A stretch of DNA of 63,706 nucleotides, filler included, from Globobulimina sp. (GCA_003354225.1; 33 parts of 33 records of this genome joined end to end with filler, not necessarily neighbours in it); one strand, 5' to 3'; shown: positions 11,698 through 25,050, counted from the first letter of the whole stretch. Notes: generated from the letters alone by a model not told the origin. Numbers and translations: made by a program.

Positions 11698-13182
11698 TTA
11701 ATTGGTTCTATCGAAGAAAATGTCAACGGATTGCGAGTTTGTCCGGGGACACGACTGGGTTTGCTTCTTTTTATTCTGTTTCGTTACTTTATCATTATTT
11801 GTGTGCGTTGGCTGCGATATCGTCAACGTAAACTGCTGCCGAATCGGATTCTTTTTATTTTGCTCATCGGAGCGTTGTTGTTGGACGTTCCGCGATATGC
11901 TCTGGCTCTGCATATCAAGTATCTTATCGCCAGAAACAGTGGTCGTCGCAGTACAGTCTCTCTGCATATGATTATTTCTGCCGCATCGGAAGCATTTGCC
12001 TCTATTATTCGGTGCATTCGGCGCATTCTTCTGGGCCTCCAAACGGGTGCCATCACGATGGAATTTGGCATAGCATTCTGATTTATAATGGCCTGGTTTG
12101 CCACAGCGAAAACATTCAGCCTTCGAGCGTTTATTTGGGCCATTCTGCGTCCATTCGGATGGACGTTGCCGTTTATTGCCACTGAAATCGCGACCTCTGC
12201 CACCGCGTGCACCGTATCCTCGTCCTCGACCACGTCCACCACGTCCACGGCCTCGGTAACCTCCACGAGGTCGACCGCGGAATCCACCACGTCCTCGATA
12301 CCCATTTCGACCTCGTCCACGGCCACGGCCTCTACCTCGGATGCCGTAAAACGAGTTGGGATCCGGGTTTCTATATCTGTTTGGCCACTCCGATAAATTA
12401 AATATATTAATATCGCGGTCGTCATACACAGTGAACTGATAACGAGGGTTATTTGCCTCACACCGCGGCTGTAATTTCGCCGGTAACTGCATGACGGCTC
12501 TGATAAATCCGAGTAATGTAATTGGATTTTGTCTGGTGATGTCGCGTCGAGTTATACTATTTATTAAGCCATTATTCATGTAGTCCGACCGGTTATTTTT
12601 CTCCACAAAGCAGGTAATGAACAACGTATACTTTTCACGATCAGTAAGGTATGGTATTACTCGCTCGTCGTCATCACCATAATTCTCGGTTAATATATCG
12701 ATGATTTGTTCAATCTGTTTGAGGCAGCTTTGCATTTTGTTGTATACACGAATCGGATTCTCGTTTTTACGCATAATAATGTTTTTTATTTTAGTTAATA
12801 AGGGCTCAACACTCGTCGGCGGCGGATAAGAATATGTGGCGAAGCTGGTTAATTCGTCCAAATCAAAGCGATCTGAGTCGGTAAGGTTACAGCGATCAAA
12901 GTATAGCTGGCGACTTCCCGTTGGTATGGAATTTAATATTTCTTTGGCTAGCATCGTATGCGGATGATCTGGATGGCCATCTCTGTAATTTCGCACATCC
13001 AAAATCCAGCGAAACGTATCTAATCCCGATCTTATCCATGGTTTGGTGAATTTCCTCAACGTGGATTGTAGAAATATCAATTCGGGGAAGGTTTGTATAT
13101 GATCGCCATCATCGGATTCATTATTATTGTTGGTATTATGTCGATTGCTGTTGCGTGTCGTTCGTTTCTTTGTCGTTGTCAT
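11698..13182 (-). mobile_element. gag: Gag-like protein of a retrotransposon (RGG tract plus two CCHC zinc knuckles)
   Basis: Intronless 494-aa ORF with CFRCGKPGHYKSEC and CFRCGRNNHMQRDC (CX2CX4HX4C) after a long RG/RGG tract. Confidence 0.75.
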
Positions 13183-13354
13183 ATCTGATACAAATAATTA
13201 GTTTTAGTTGGTTGGGTTTGGTGGATTTGTATCGGATTTATGCAAAGTATCAAATTTTATATCATTTTATTCAAAAGTGCCATGCCCGCCACACGTTCAT
13301 GATAACCCTATCAAACATAGTAGCTGCACGCACATATTATACACACTCATTCTC

Positions 13355-13424
13355 TCTGTGGGCCATGAAGGTTATCCACCGTCTAAAACATCTATCTGTG
13401 GGCCATAAAGGTTGTCCACCGTCT
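13355..13424. repeat. 30-bp direct repeat x2 (40-bp period) upstream of gag
   Basis: TCTGTGGGCCATGAAGGTTATCCACCGTCT / TCTGTGGGCCATAAAGGTTGTCCACCGTCT. Confidence 0.85.
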
Positions 13425-13545
13425 CATATAATGGATACAAAGTGCNNNNNNNNNNNNNNNNNNNNNNNNNNNNNNNNNNNNNNNNNNNNTTAATTAATTA
13501 ANNNNNNNNNNNNNNNNNNNNNNNNNNNNNNNNNNNNNNNNNNNN

Positions 13546-15030
13546 TCCATCGTCCTTTTCCACTGGCGATGGTATACCAGCATCTATATCAATATCCATA
13601 TCCTCATTTTCCTCTTCTTTAATTGCCTTATTCTCCTCCTTTGGCGGCAACAGATCTTCCTCTTCGGCTTCCTCTTCCTCTTTTTCTTCCTGTTTCGATG
13701 CATCCATATCCATATCCAATATAACCGCACTCTCCTTATTATTATCAGAAACACCCATTGTTATAGCAATTGTATCCGTATTTGTTTTATGTGCATGCTG
13801 TATCATATCGGATGGGTCCATTTCAATCAATTCCTCGAACGGCATATTCATTTTCAATGTGTCCGCAATGGTGGTATAACCCATAGAGTCTGCTAAATTA
13901 TACGCATTTTTACCCGCATTATTGCGGATGGTAATATTTGGAAAATATTCTAATAAAATAAATACATTATCCGTCAGATTACTACTCGCAGCAAAATGCA
14001 ATGGAGTCCATCCTTTATCGTCCTGATGGTTCATATTGGCGCCATTGCTCAATAAATATCGCACCGTGGTTGGGTTGTTTTGATTCTTTGATACGGCATG
14101 AATCAATGCGGTGCGCTTATTATTATCTTCAATATCGATCAATGCGCCGTTATTGATCACTATTTCAAGGGCTTGAATGTCATTGGTTTGCTCTACAATG
14201 TAATGCAAGGCGGTACAGCCATCATTATCTGCTATGTTTACATCAATATCTGAAGCATTCTGCTTATTATCTCCGCCAAATGCGTCAAAATAAAATTTCA
14301 ATCGATTTTCTAAGGGCAGAGTATCTGCGCCATTCTGGCATATCAAATGTAAGATGGTTTTACCAGAATTGTCTCGTTTTGTGACTGGATCGCCGTCGAA
14401 TGCATTCAAAAACATTTTGAAGATAGACATATCGGATAACTCTCGGTTGAGACACATTAAATGCACACCACTTTGGTGGTTTCGATCCATTATATTTACG
14501 TTTGCGCCATGTTCAATCAATTTCTGCAACAAAGAAGGATGTATTACTCAGTTGCCATGATGAAGTGAAATAAATTTAAAAAACTTTTCACTTTGCATCA
14601 TGCCAACTAATTAATCTTTGATGCTGCGTTTCATTTCTGACAGCATCAAAGACCATATATACATATTTGACATAAATTGTACCTTGACAATATTCCATTT
14701 ATTTTGCTGTATAGCATAATGAATGGCGGTTCTATTATTATCCAATAAATTTTTCCTATTTATGCTTATTTTTTTCATTCGCGGTAGAAACTTATCCAAA
14801 GAGTCCCATTCGCCATTTTCCGCCAAGCCTAATATACCTTGACTGATACTCAATGGCTGCTTTGTTTTGTCAATAAAATCTTCAATCCTCAACACCATAA
14901 AATAAGCACCGCTGAAGAACCATGTAATGATCCCCAAGCTGTAAAAAGCAGTGTAAGTCGGATCAGTCCATATCTTATCCCACAAATTATAATATGCAGC
15001 ACCAAATATTTGCGTCTTTTGTTGGTGACA
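13546..15030 (-). CDS. Ankyrin-repeat protein with upstream TM segment and acidic tail; intron 14524..14682; partial at both ends
   Basis: Repeats RTAIHYA, GKTILHL, GCTALHY, RTALIHA, GWTPLHFAA; splicing joins WNIVK to KLIEHGANVN. Confidence 0.85.
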
Positions 15031-15225
15031 CTTCATGGTCGACTCGGGGCCGCTTTGAAGACGAAAGCCTTCTCACCGGCTCCCTCAGGCAAGGGTCGAG
15101 GTGGAGCGCTGGCAACATCTCTTCATACATGGTGCATGCGACATTGAGGTTGTGCATATTGCCGAGGAGCGAATCTCGGCTGGGCAGACCTCAGTCTATC
15201 GCGAAGTGACCGACGGGGCCATCCG

Positions 15226-15380
15226 ACTCAGTTGGAAGAAGAATGCCCCGATTTGGAATTCGATATTCGGGGGCCGGGCAAAAAGATGCTGTCGGCGGTT
15301 GCCCGATTGCTGAAGAGCGTAAAAGCAAAGCGGTTGGCAATTGAAGCGGGCTCGATGACGATTGCCCTCTACGAAGCCTT
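15226..15380 (+). CDS. Bacterial Xaa-Pro aminopeptidase N-terminal (creatinase-N) fragment, Planctomycete-like
   Basis: TQLEEECPDLEFDIRGPGKKMLSAVARLL..RLAIEAGSMT, within a GC-rich block from about 15030. Confidence 0.6.
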
Positions 15381-15799
15381 NNNNNNNNNNNNNNNNNNNN
15401 NNNNNNNNNNNNNNNNNNNNNNNNTTAATTAATTAANNNNNNNNNNNNNNNNNNNNNNNNNNNNNNNNNNNNNNNNNNNNATACTTTCCTCAAATTCATG
15501 GCAAAGTCAGAGAATTATAAGTTCTAATACGAATAATAGCAAATATATCGGCAATGTTGCTATAAATGGAGCAGAACTTTCGACTCCGCCTGTTTGCGTC
15601 TTGGCCATTTTAATTATAAACGAACCTTACAAATATAACATTTTTAAAGTGCTTTGCCAACATATAATTGGGATAATGAGCATACCGGTACTTTGAAAAT
15701 AACAGTTGAGATAACTTAGGAGTTGGTCATCTAGAAGACATTGAAATGTTGTTACTTGAGTTACTAAGTTTTATTAAATTATTAAAATGTGCTGCCAGA

Positions 15800-16798
15800 C
15801 TAACAATAACCTGTGATTAGATTCATCAGTCCTTGCAAAATGCGATCAAACATTGGTCTTTGTGTGCTACTAGTTTGCCAGCAAGAAGAAATTAAACTTT
15901 TATAATGTGCTGGACATTCTTGAGAGATGGTCGGCCTATTTCCCTTTTCCAAGTCCGATAAATATCGAAAACACCGTTGATCAAAAGCGTTTTTTCTTTC
16001 ATATATTTCCCAAGCGATAACACCAAAATTAAATACATCGATTTTTATATCAAATCCATTAAATTGCACAGTACCATCATCACTGTGTCGAGTAAATAAT
16101 TCTGGAGCCATATATCCTCCATAACAAATTTGTTCAGGATCATTTATGCGTTGATGTATTGTATTTAATTGTATGGAAAATCCGAAATCCGCAATTTTTA
16201 TTCGATTTTGTTGATCCAGTAACAAATTATGCAGTTTTAAATCACAATGAATTATCATTTGATTATGAATATATTGCATACCACGGGCGATATCAATGAG
16301 CATAACCAATTTATCCATATATTTAATCTGTTTTTGTCCGCTAAAAAATAATAAATCATATAAATGTCCATTGGGTAAATATTCCATTGCTAAATATAAA
16401 TCATTTGATTCTCTATTGATATAATGCCCAATTAATAATGTTATATTTGGATGTTGTAATTTGTTCAATAACTTAAGCTCTCTGTTAAAATCCGATAATA
16501 TTTGATCTGTTAATTCAAAACACTGAAATTGTTTCAATGCAATGTAGTGCTCATCTTTATACAGTGCATGGTGAACGTGAGCGGTTTTACCACGACTCAC
16601 ATCTCTTTGTATTATCGATACATCGTTTAAATCAAAATCGTTGTTATAATCGTACAAAATATGATAAAATTTAGAACAAATAATCGCGATTGAATTAGGT
16701 AAAGGTACTTGTATTTGATGAATATAACCAGAAACTAATAATTTTGATTGCAAGTAATCATTTCCCAAAGGGTTCTGTGTTGGAAAAGGAAGATTCAT
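15800..16798 (-). CDS. Tyrosine-kinase-like (TKL) protein kinase
   Basis: IALK, HCDLKLHN, KIADFG, YMAPE, DVFNFGVIAWE, CW....QRP.F; glycine loop is degenerate. Confidence 0.92.
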   Translation of the reverse strand: MNLPFPTQNPLGNDYLQSKLLVSGYIHQIQVPLPNSIAIICSKFYHILYDYNNDFDLNDVSIIQRDVSRGKTAHVHHALYKDEHYIALKQFQCFELTDQILSDFNRELKLLNKLQHPNITLLIGHYINRESNDLYLAMEYLPNGHLYDLLFFSGQKQIKYMDKLVMLIDIARGMQYIHNQMIIHCDLKLHNLLLDQQNRIKIADFGFSIQLNTIHQRINDPEQICYGGYMAPELFTRHSDDGTVQFNGFDIKIDVFNFGVIAWEIYERKNAFDQRCFRYLSDLEKGNRPTISQECPAHYKSLISSCWQTSSTQRPMFDRILQGLMNLITGYC

Positions 16799-16853
16799 GG
16801 TAGCTTTGACAATTTTAACTGAGGTAACTGTTTTCTTTTAATTTTTACACGTC

Positions 16854-17105
16854 ATGGCTTCTCTCTCAATAGTTGAGTCTTTGTTAAAGACATTAGAACC
16901 ACCAAAGAATGTGCATAGTGAAGAAAAAAAGGAACATAAACACCATTCTCATGATAAACATCACGGACATCATCATGGACATCATGGACATAAAAAAAAT
17001 AAAAAAAAAGATGAGTTTAATCCACAAACATTTTGGTGTGGCGAAAACAATGAAATTAAGCCATATTTATTCGTATCACCAATGCGCTATGTAATGGGTG
17101 ATGGT
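16854..17105 (+). CDS. His-rich N-terminus of an unknown host protein, truncated by chimera
   Basis: MASLSIVESLL..HKHHSHDKHHGHHHGHHGH..; composition switches to GC-rich near 17110. Confidence 0.6.
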
Positions 17106-17109
17106 GTCA

Positions 17110-17314
17110 CAGACAGTGTGGCTGGAACCTGTACCTCAGAGTTATATTCGTTCTCTGAAGATCACCCCCGATATTGACCAGCAGACTGTCACGGTTGAGG
17201 CCGTGGTCACTGCGCCGATCGACAGACTGAGCCTGAATGTCACAGCCAAGCAGGGCCGGTTCGGAAGATATCGCGCCGAGGTGCCGGCAGAACAGGCCGC
17301 TGTACTGAGCATCG
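17110..17314 (+). CDS. Bacterial glycoside hydrolase family 2 fragment
   Basis: QTVWLEPVPQSYIRSLKITPDID matches the GH2 (GIW)QTVWLE..ITPD motif. Confidence 0.75.
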
Positions 17315-17414
17315 NNNNNNNNNNNNNNNNNNNNNNNNNNNNNNNNNNNNNNNNNNNNTTAATTAATTAANNNNNNNNNNNNNNNNNNNNNNNNNNNNNN
17401 NNNNNNNNNNNNNN

Positions 17415-18235
17415 GCAGAATACATTGACTTTAATTGTGAAGGATCAATATATCCACTTCCTGCACCTTTAGGACTGGCGGGATATCCCAACACCAATTG
17501 AGATGGCGCTATCTTTACATTATAATTCTTTCCATCCGCAGTGCAAACATAGCCGGCGGCCACTTCTTTTGTGTATGTTTCTGCGTAAACCACAGTCTCC
17601 ACTGAACTCCACGTATTATACATTTGAACTTGAATCCATCGCAATGTCGAAGAGGGCTCCATGGCGACCAATGGTGCCAACTCATTGAATCCAGCTGACA
17701 CTGTACTTAAATCCGGATAAACATTGGTCATTTGCGGAGCCATTGTCACTATCAAACCTCTCGAATGCAATGTATTCATCACAGAAGCAATGATATTTGC
17801 ACACTGTGCGTAGTCACCAGTTCTATGTTCAATGTCAAAATCGACGCCATCAAAGCCATACGTATTTGTAATATTTAATATTCCCGCTGTCAACGTGTTG
17901 GTAAATGAACTCGGTGCGGAACAACTCAATACATTGCCAGCACCACCTCCAATCGCAATAAATGTCATCACACCTTTTGCTTTTAAGTTTGATATCATTT
18001 GCTTGCTTAATTTAAAGTTCTTGGATGGAGCATCAAATTGGTTAATAACTGAACCATCTGATCGGAAACCAAGAAATGCAATATTTACATGAGAATATGC
18101 TGCGTTAATACTACCAATTAGTGAGCTTGGATTGGTTGCAGATGGACAAGTTGGACAAAGATATCCTGATAAAAAATAAGCATTTGCATAATGAATTAAT
18201 GTAAGTATAACACAGAAAACTAAAAACGACAACAT
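17415..18235 (-). CDS. Secreted GH18 chitinase, 3'-partial
   Basis: Signal peptide, IAIGGG, catalytic FDGVDFDIE, VQMYN, LVLGYPA. Confidence 0.92.
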
Positions 18236-18271
18236 CTTAATACCAACTGCAGCAAAAAAAACACAGTTAAG

Positions 18272-19209
18272 TTACTCCCAAAGTTGGTTGTTTCCTTTAA
18301 TGCCAAATTTAAACGTATTCTTCCAAACAATGACACTCCATAACATTGATAATGTGTATGCCGACATCGAGCCAATGATCCAATTCCATTTCGTAAAAGG
18401 ATGTAAGTTGAATTCTTCTGAATTCCTATAAACATTCATCCAAATCTTTGGGAATCTTTTGCTCCATTCATAACATCGAAAATAAGTGTATGAGATTGCC
18501 AATAATATCAACAAAACTCGATAGATTTTTTTCAATCTCCTTATAAATGCGTTCTTTGCAACAATGATATTCCAATCAACCTCACATTGCTCACACATAC
18601 ATTTAACAGATTCCATTGTGTCATGACATAAAACCGCAAGATTTAAGAACAATGTTGGAAATTCCGCAGTAAATACTAACCATTGATGGCCAACAGAACC
18701 TCTCCCCGATTCATACAAAGCTGCGCAAAGAGACAAACCCGCCAAATGATGGCAAATCAGTCCAATATCGCGGTCATAACGCAAAAGAACCAATAAATCA
18801 AACACAAAATATGCTAATTATTTTCTTTATGTTAATATAATATATATGCAAATTATGAACAAATATAAAACACACCACATGTTAAAGAAAGTGAAGCCAA
18901 CTCGTCAGAATGGTATTGAATGCTTATCGGATTTATTAGATCATTGGTGGTTCGCTTGTATTTCTTAAAAAAATAAACTGAAGAAATGCAACCTAACAAT
19001 GCATGAATGAATGATACAATACGCGATGAATTATCCGCAATCTTTCCAATCGATTTACAATGTTTTTGTTTTGATAAAGATTCATTTATTTGTTGCAATG
19101 TTGTTGCATATTTTGATACAATTTTGATTGCTCTCTTATGTAATTTTGGATAATAAATGTCATCAAATATTTTAAATGCTGAATAAAAAGTAATATTATA
19201 GATTCCCAT
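18272..19209 (-). CDS. TLC (TRAM/LAG1/CLN8) domain membrane protein; intron 18814..18875
   Basis: IVSFIHA; spliced C-A-YFVFDL; ICHHL; AEFPTLFLN; YFR; LSMLW. Confidence 0.85.
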
Positions 19210-19348
19210 ACAAATCCAAAAGTTTTTGTTTAATACAATATTATTTCTNNNNNNNNNNNNNNNNNNNNNNNNNNNNNNNNNNNNNNNNNNNNTTAATTAA
19301 TTAANNNNNNNNNNNNNNNNNNNNNNNNNNNNNNNNNNNNNNNNNNNN

Positions 19349-20987
19349 GGATTTGTCAGATATTATAGAAAGATATAAAGGGAAACACAAATTGAATACA
19401 TTTTCATTGTTGCGAAGCGAAACTGACTTTTTTCAACATTCCATATTTGCACAGAAAGGCAAAATGTTACGTTTTTCGGGCAAACGGATTCCAAAATCAT
19501 TGACGGTGATAAATGGAAATGACGATATTAATACGAAACAAATTGAAAAGTTATCCTTTGACATATTTGATGATATTTTGATATTTGAAAATGTAAAGAA
19601 AACAGGGAATAAAATTGAAGCCGCAAATAATATCTTGGAAATTGGTAGAAATCATTCAATTTTAAGGGATGAAATATACGCTCAAATTATTAAACAAATG
19701 ACAGATATAAAGGGCATTGAATTGATTTTAGGGCTGAAATTATTATATTTATGTTTATCATCCTTCACTCCATCAAAAGAAATGTCGTTAATAATATTAT
19801 CGACAATATGTCAACATATAAAGTATGAGTACTATGCAGATAATAATTACAATGAGAGTGTTCATAGTAATTTTGCGTTATTTCGCAACGAATCTGAAAT
19901 TGCCACTAATTGCTATAAACAATGGAAGCGGACAGAAAAGAAACACGTTTCCGAGAAACAAATCAGTAAAATATTATACAGCAAAGCACATCCAATCCGA
20001 TTAGAAATATATTTGTCAGATAACACTCGTTTACGCATTAAAATTGAGCCTTTTTGTACGATGCAGGAATTAACCAAAATAGTTTGCGATCGGTTTGGTT
20101 TAAGTAAGTATTCAAATTATTTAACTTTGAAAATAATGTCAAATATGGATGGATTTACGATGCAAACAAAGACAAATTCTTTTAATGGAAGCACACAAAT
20201 TGCGCATTGGTATGGGCGGTGGAAAGATATTATAAAAAAACATCCATTGTTGCGATATAAGATACTTTTATTTAAATGGAAATTTGAGCAAAAAATTGAC
20301 AACCAATTCAATATAAAAAATGCAAATAAAAATTATATAAATTTTGTTTATGCACAATGCAAATTAATGGTTAACAATGGACAGATACCAATTGGTGTGA
20401 ATGACTGTTCGTTATTGGCTTCGTTGAGTTTAATTATTCAAAATAATGGGAAATTAATTGCCAAATCTCAAGTAAATAAAGATTTGATTATTGGCGTAAT
20501 CCCATATTCATTGCGAGAGAAAGTACAAATTAATGACTTAAAGAATGAGATATTTGATACAATGGAGATGTTCGTATCAGATCGTGAGTATAATCCGGAT
20601 GATGACGCAAATGATGATACTGTATCGATGATAATTGGTTTACAAACTAAGTACATTGAATATTTAGCCATAAATGTCGAAATGTACGGATGTTCTTTTT
20701 TTAATGTTGGTGTTATTCAACCAATCGAATATAATAAATATGAAATATTATTATTAGCTATCAATTGGAATACAATATTTTTATGTAAAAATCAAAAAAC
20801 TGTTTTGGATAAATATTCATTACAAAATATTACCGATTTAGAATCTGTTCGAGACACAAAACAAATATCATTCAATGTAAATAATGGAGACGAGGACTTG
20901 TTTTGTGTTAAAATAAAAACAGAATTTGGTGATAAAATTGCAAAGTTAATAGCTCAACGGGTTGATGATAAAATGAATGATATTTAA
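19349..20987 (+). CDS. MyTH4-FERM domain protein (myosin VII/X-like tail), 5'-partial
   Basis: LRDEIYAQIIKQMT..LLYLCLSSFTPS (MyTH4), followed by FERM-like region ending MYGCSFFNV..LLAIN. Confidence 0.85.
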
Positions 20988-21282
20988 GCTTGTTTTGTAA
21001 TTTACTTTAATTTTATTCAACTATATATAATTTATGAGCAAATTCAAATTCCGCAACTTGTGCAAGGATACACAAAAATATCACAACTTGAAGCAAAATA
21101 ACAATTAATTAAACTAATATTATTAATCGAATAAAAACACATTGCGACAAAATAAAAAAAAACCTAAATATTATTAATAAAANNNNNNNNNNNNNNNNNN
21201 NNNNNNNNNNNNNNNNNNNNNNNNNNTTAATTAATTAANNNNNNNNNNNNNNNNNNNNNNNNNNNNNNNNNNNNNNNNNNNN

Positions 21283-22839
21283 CTCGCCGCTGAACATACA
21301 CTTACTTTTTCCTTTATTCTTCATCATTTTGCACCGCTTGAACTCCAAATGCCTCCGCACTCCCCACCAGCGAGTGAACTCGTCGCCGCAAAGAAAGCAA
21401 CTCCACTCGCAATCGGCCGCGAAGTGGATATTATTCACATGCTCCTTGGCCTGCGTCCTTTGCTTGAAGACGCCGCCTCTTTTATCATAATCGCAGCCGG
21501 GATAAACGCACTTAAATCCGCGCCCAATGTGCGACTCTTCACAGAGTCTCTTCAAATGGCATTTTGTGCCAAACGATTTGTCGCATTTATGACAGGTAAA
21601 ACTGCCATTTTCCTCATCAAAGGACACGTGGCCACCACGGAGCAACTCATTGAAGACCTTATTCGCCGCGTATTTGCTCATAGTCTCCGCCACGTATTTC
21701 TCAATTTGCTTCCTCTCCATTTTCATCTTCTTCAGCGGTGGCTGCGCCGACTCAGAGTTGGAAACCGCCTCCAAATCGCTGTGCCGCTCCCTTTTGATGC
21801 TGGCTTTGCTTTGGCCACTTTGGCGTCGTTGGCGCCGTTTTTTTGTGCTTTTGATGGGCTTCACTGCGATCTTCGGCTCATTTAAGATGATTTGCGGAGG
21901 GATGTTTTGGTTGAAATGTTGATGCAGCCAAAACTCATCCAAATCCAAATCCAAATCGCAATCTGAATAAGGGCTATCAGCGAAGGTTTGTGGCACAAAT
22001 TGCGGAGAAAACAGCGGACTGTCGATGGGCGTACACGAGTGTAAATAACTTGCGTCGTTGGAATCGGACTCAATGTCATTTACATAGAAATTAGACTTCT
22101 GCAACGGGTGCGGCGTTGCGTGCATTGGCGAGAATGAGTCGCCTTCGATGTACGACGCCGTCGAGGAGCGATAAGCCGGCTGCGATGAGGAGGAATTGCT
22201 TGTATGTGGGTAATAAGCGTCGTGTGTAAAACGACGTTGATCTGTGTCCATTATCACTGGCAATGGCAATGGTAATGTCATTGGGAAGGGTGGTTTTGAC
22301 GGTAACTGCGGATTTGCGTGATAATTATTGCTATTTTGGGAGGGATTATGATGACTTTGCGTAAAAATGCTGGCTTGCGAAATTGCGTCAGCTGCGGTGG
22401 TATGAGTTGGGTCAATGGCAGCGATGTGAGACGGTGTGGATGGTTCCAATGAGGGCAGATTTAATGCGGGGATGCATATGTTGTCATGTATCTGTTCAAC
22501 ATTATGGGTATCATAGTTTATAGACACTCCATTGGGTGAATTCATATAATTATCATCAACATAACCTGATAAATGTGCCACTGCTACGCCCGGTGCAGGC
22601 GCAGTTGAACCTGCTTCAAATGGGAAAGCAAATGCATGGGAAGCTGCAATATGACTGGCATTATCATCATGGTCCGGTGCGGCATCGACCGGCAGGTCAT
22701 TGCCAATATGGAAGAAAGGCGAATCGGGCGAATAATTGAATCCGCGCATGAATGGAGGAGGGAACGTGCTGTCATTGTTTGCGTCGGAGAAGAGGAGACT
22801 CGATGCGTCAATCAATGGAAATGTGAGAGGTTCATCCAT
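21283..22839 (-). CDS. C2H2 zinc-finger transcription factor-like protein, 3'-partial
   Basis: P/S-rich N-terminus, basic NLS-like stretch, and fingers CHKC..H, CVYPGC..HVNNIH, CFLC..RHL. Confidence 0.82.
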
Positions 22840-24639
22840 TGGTTTTGTCGGAGGTGTTTAATATGATCCGATCGAGTGTTGGTGAGTTGTGACTTCGTTT
22901 GCGTGGGATGCAAATTGTAAAGAGCTGGGATCAAGTTGGTTGGGGGATTTTTGTGTTGTTTTCATCAAACATATCTTGCAAAGCTTGCGAATTCAAGCAA
23001 CACGTTGTTACGGTTGGTTACACCGTTACAGTCGTCTCGAAAAGAAACAGATCGGGAATGATAATTGAATTAAAAAACAGAGTGACTACACTTTACTCTA
23101 AAAAAAAAAAAAAGTANNNNNNNNNNNNNNNNNNNNNNNNNNNNNNNNNNNNNNNNNNNNTTAATTAATTAANNNNNNNNNNNNNNNNNNNNNNNNNNNN
23201 NNNNNNNNNNNNNNNNACTATTACCACATTCATACTCCTCATTGTATCCAAAACAATATACCTTATTTATTTATTAAAAACAATATAAAAATAATTAAAC
23301 ACAACACAAAAAGAACAAAACTTTCTTATTTAATGATAATAATATATTATGAAAATAACCACAACATATTTTCCCAATTTTATTACATTTTCAGTTTTTA
23401 TAACAACAAGTTGTACGAAATTTCATATACAATTCTAAATATAACTTTTTTGTTTGACTGATTCAAACTGATTCAATAACAGCACACTAATATGACGCTG
23501 TAAGGACGGCATCACTATAAGAATGTGATACAGCATTTGCATAAAAAAGAAGAAAACGCAGATAAAGTTTCGGAGTAAGGATGATAACAACCATTATCAT
23601 TCGCGGAGTGTCTCGGATTACGGCGTAATTAAAGGGAGCTCGGGTGGCTTGAATAATGGATATATTGAGTGTAAGAGAATAATTAAAAAGAACCATGAAG
23701 TCTCGCAATTAAATGATAATTTGGATAACAAAAATGAAGAAAAAGACGATGTGTTAATGGACCAAATTGATGACTTTTGTAATGATTTAGATTTATTAGC
23801 AGAAGTCGCCAAATTTAATGTATATAAAACCGATAATTTCCCGTAAAGCATTCTTTATAATTATTTTATTTAAAATATTTAGATAGAAACCATTACGAAC
23901 CGGTAAGAAACACTTAGCTCGAATTTCCTCGTCATTTAAACGCAAATTTCAAGCAAAAGTTTAAAGATAACAAAAGAGCTTTTTATGGGGTAAGGTATAA
24001 GCAAACCGTTTCTGGTGACTGATAAAGGTGAAAATAATAAGAATATAAATTATTAGGATTAAAAACCAGCAGCAAGCGTAAAATAAATAAATATTGTTTT
24101 TAACAAACAAGACTGGGGCTAAACCCTTAACTGATTATATCACGAGTGGTATGGTTTTTTTTTGTAATTTTTTAGCTGCGAAATAAAAACATGTATATAA
24201 TTATAGAAACAGAATATTTGACAAATTTCCAATTGAAACTATAAATACACCCACACGCCAATTATTTGTGTCATTGTTTTGTTTTTTGTTATTTGTTATT
24301 TTTATTGCGGTTTATGTGATGTAACAATATGTTTAATTGACAATTTATCCATGAAATTACTCAATAAAGATTGCGAAAATTGAATTGGATATTTTAAGTA
24401 AAACATATTCAATAATTGTTTTGTAATTTTCTCAAATCGGTTGTTTAATAATTTTGACAAGAAATCTTGTTTTGAAAATTATGATATTCTCTTTTTAATT
24501 CACTTTTTTTTTCTTTTTCTACATATTTGTTGCGCACATGCATATAAGTAACGTTATGTAAGAATGTGAGTTGAACAAGGAACAAACGAGTTTGATGTGT
24601 TATGTTAACGCAAAAAAGTTTCGTCCCCTTTAACAAAAA

Positions 24640-25050
24640 ATGAACAATGCTGTCAGGAAAAGACGGTTCCAATTATTAGTAAGTGGATACGTTAGAAAAT
24701 GTAGCACTCCATACATCCACACAGATATTATTAGAATTATTCATGCGTTCCATTATATAATATATAAAATATTGGAATTATATTCTATTGGAAAAAATAG
24801 ATCCGGACAACAAGGAAACGGAGGAAATGAAGATATTACAAAAATAACAAAAATAAAAACATTTGAAAAAAAAATAAAAAATATTGTTACTTGTGGTGGT
24901 AATTGGAATGGTGCAGCAGCGTATATTTTATTTGATGATGAAACATATGAATGTTGCGGTGATAATCGAAGGGGTGTATTAGGTGTTGGCCATTATAATA
25001 ACATTAATATATGGCATCAAATAAAAGATATGAAAATAAAAAATATATTT
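24640..25050 (+). CDS. RCC1-repeat-like protein with N-terminal LLVSGY motif, 3'-partial
   Basis: LYSIGKNRSGQQGNG and YECCGDNRRGVLGVG match RCC1 G.N..GQLG.G repeats. Confidence 0.75.

Noticed and set aside
11617-12461. Antisense and alternative-frame ORFs over gag
   Set aside because: Shadows of the GC-rich RGG repeat.
13275-13291. Possible primer-binding site (TGGCGGGCATGGCAC, minus strand) upstream of gag
   Set aside because: Could not match it to a tRNA 3' end or identify an adjacent LTR terminus.
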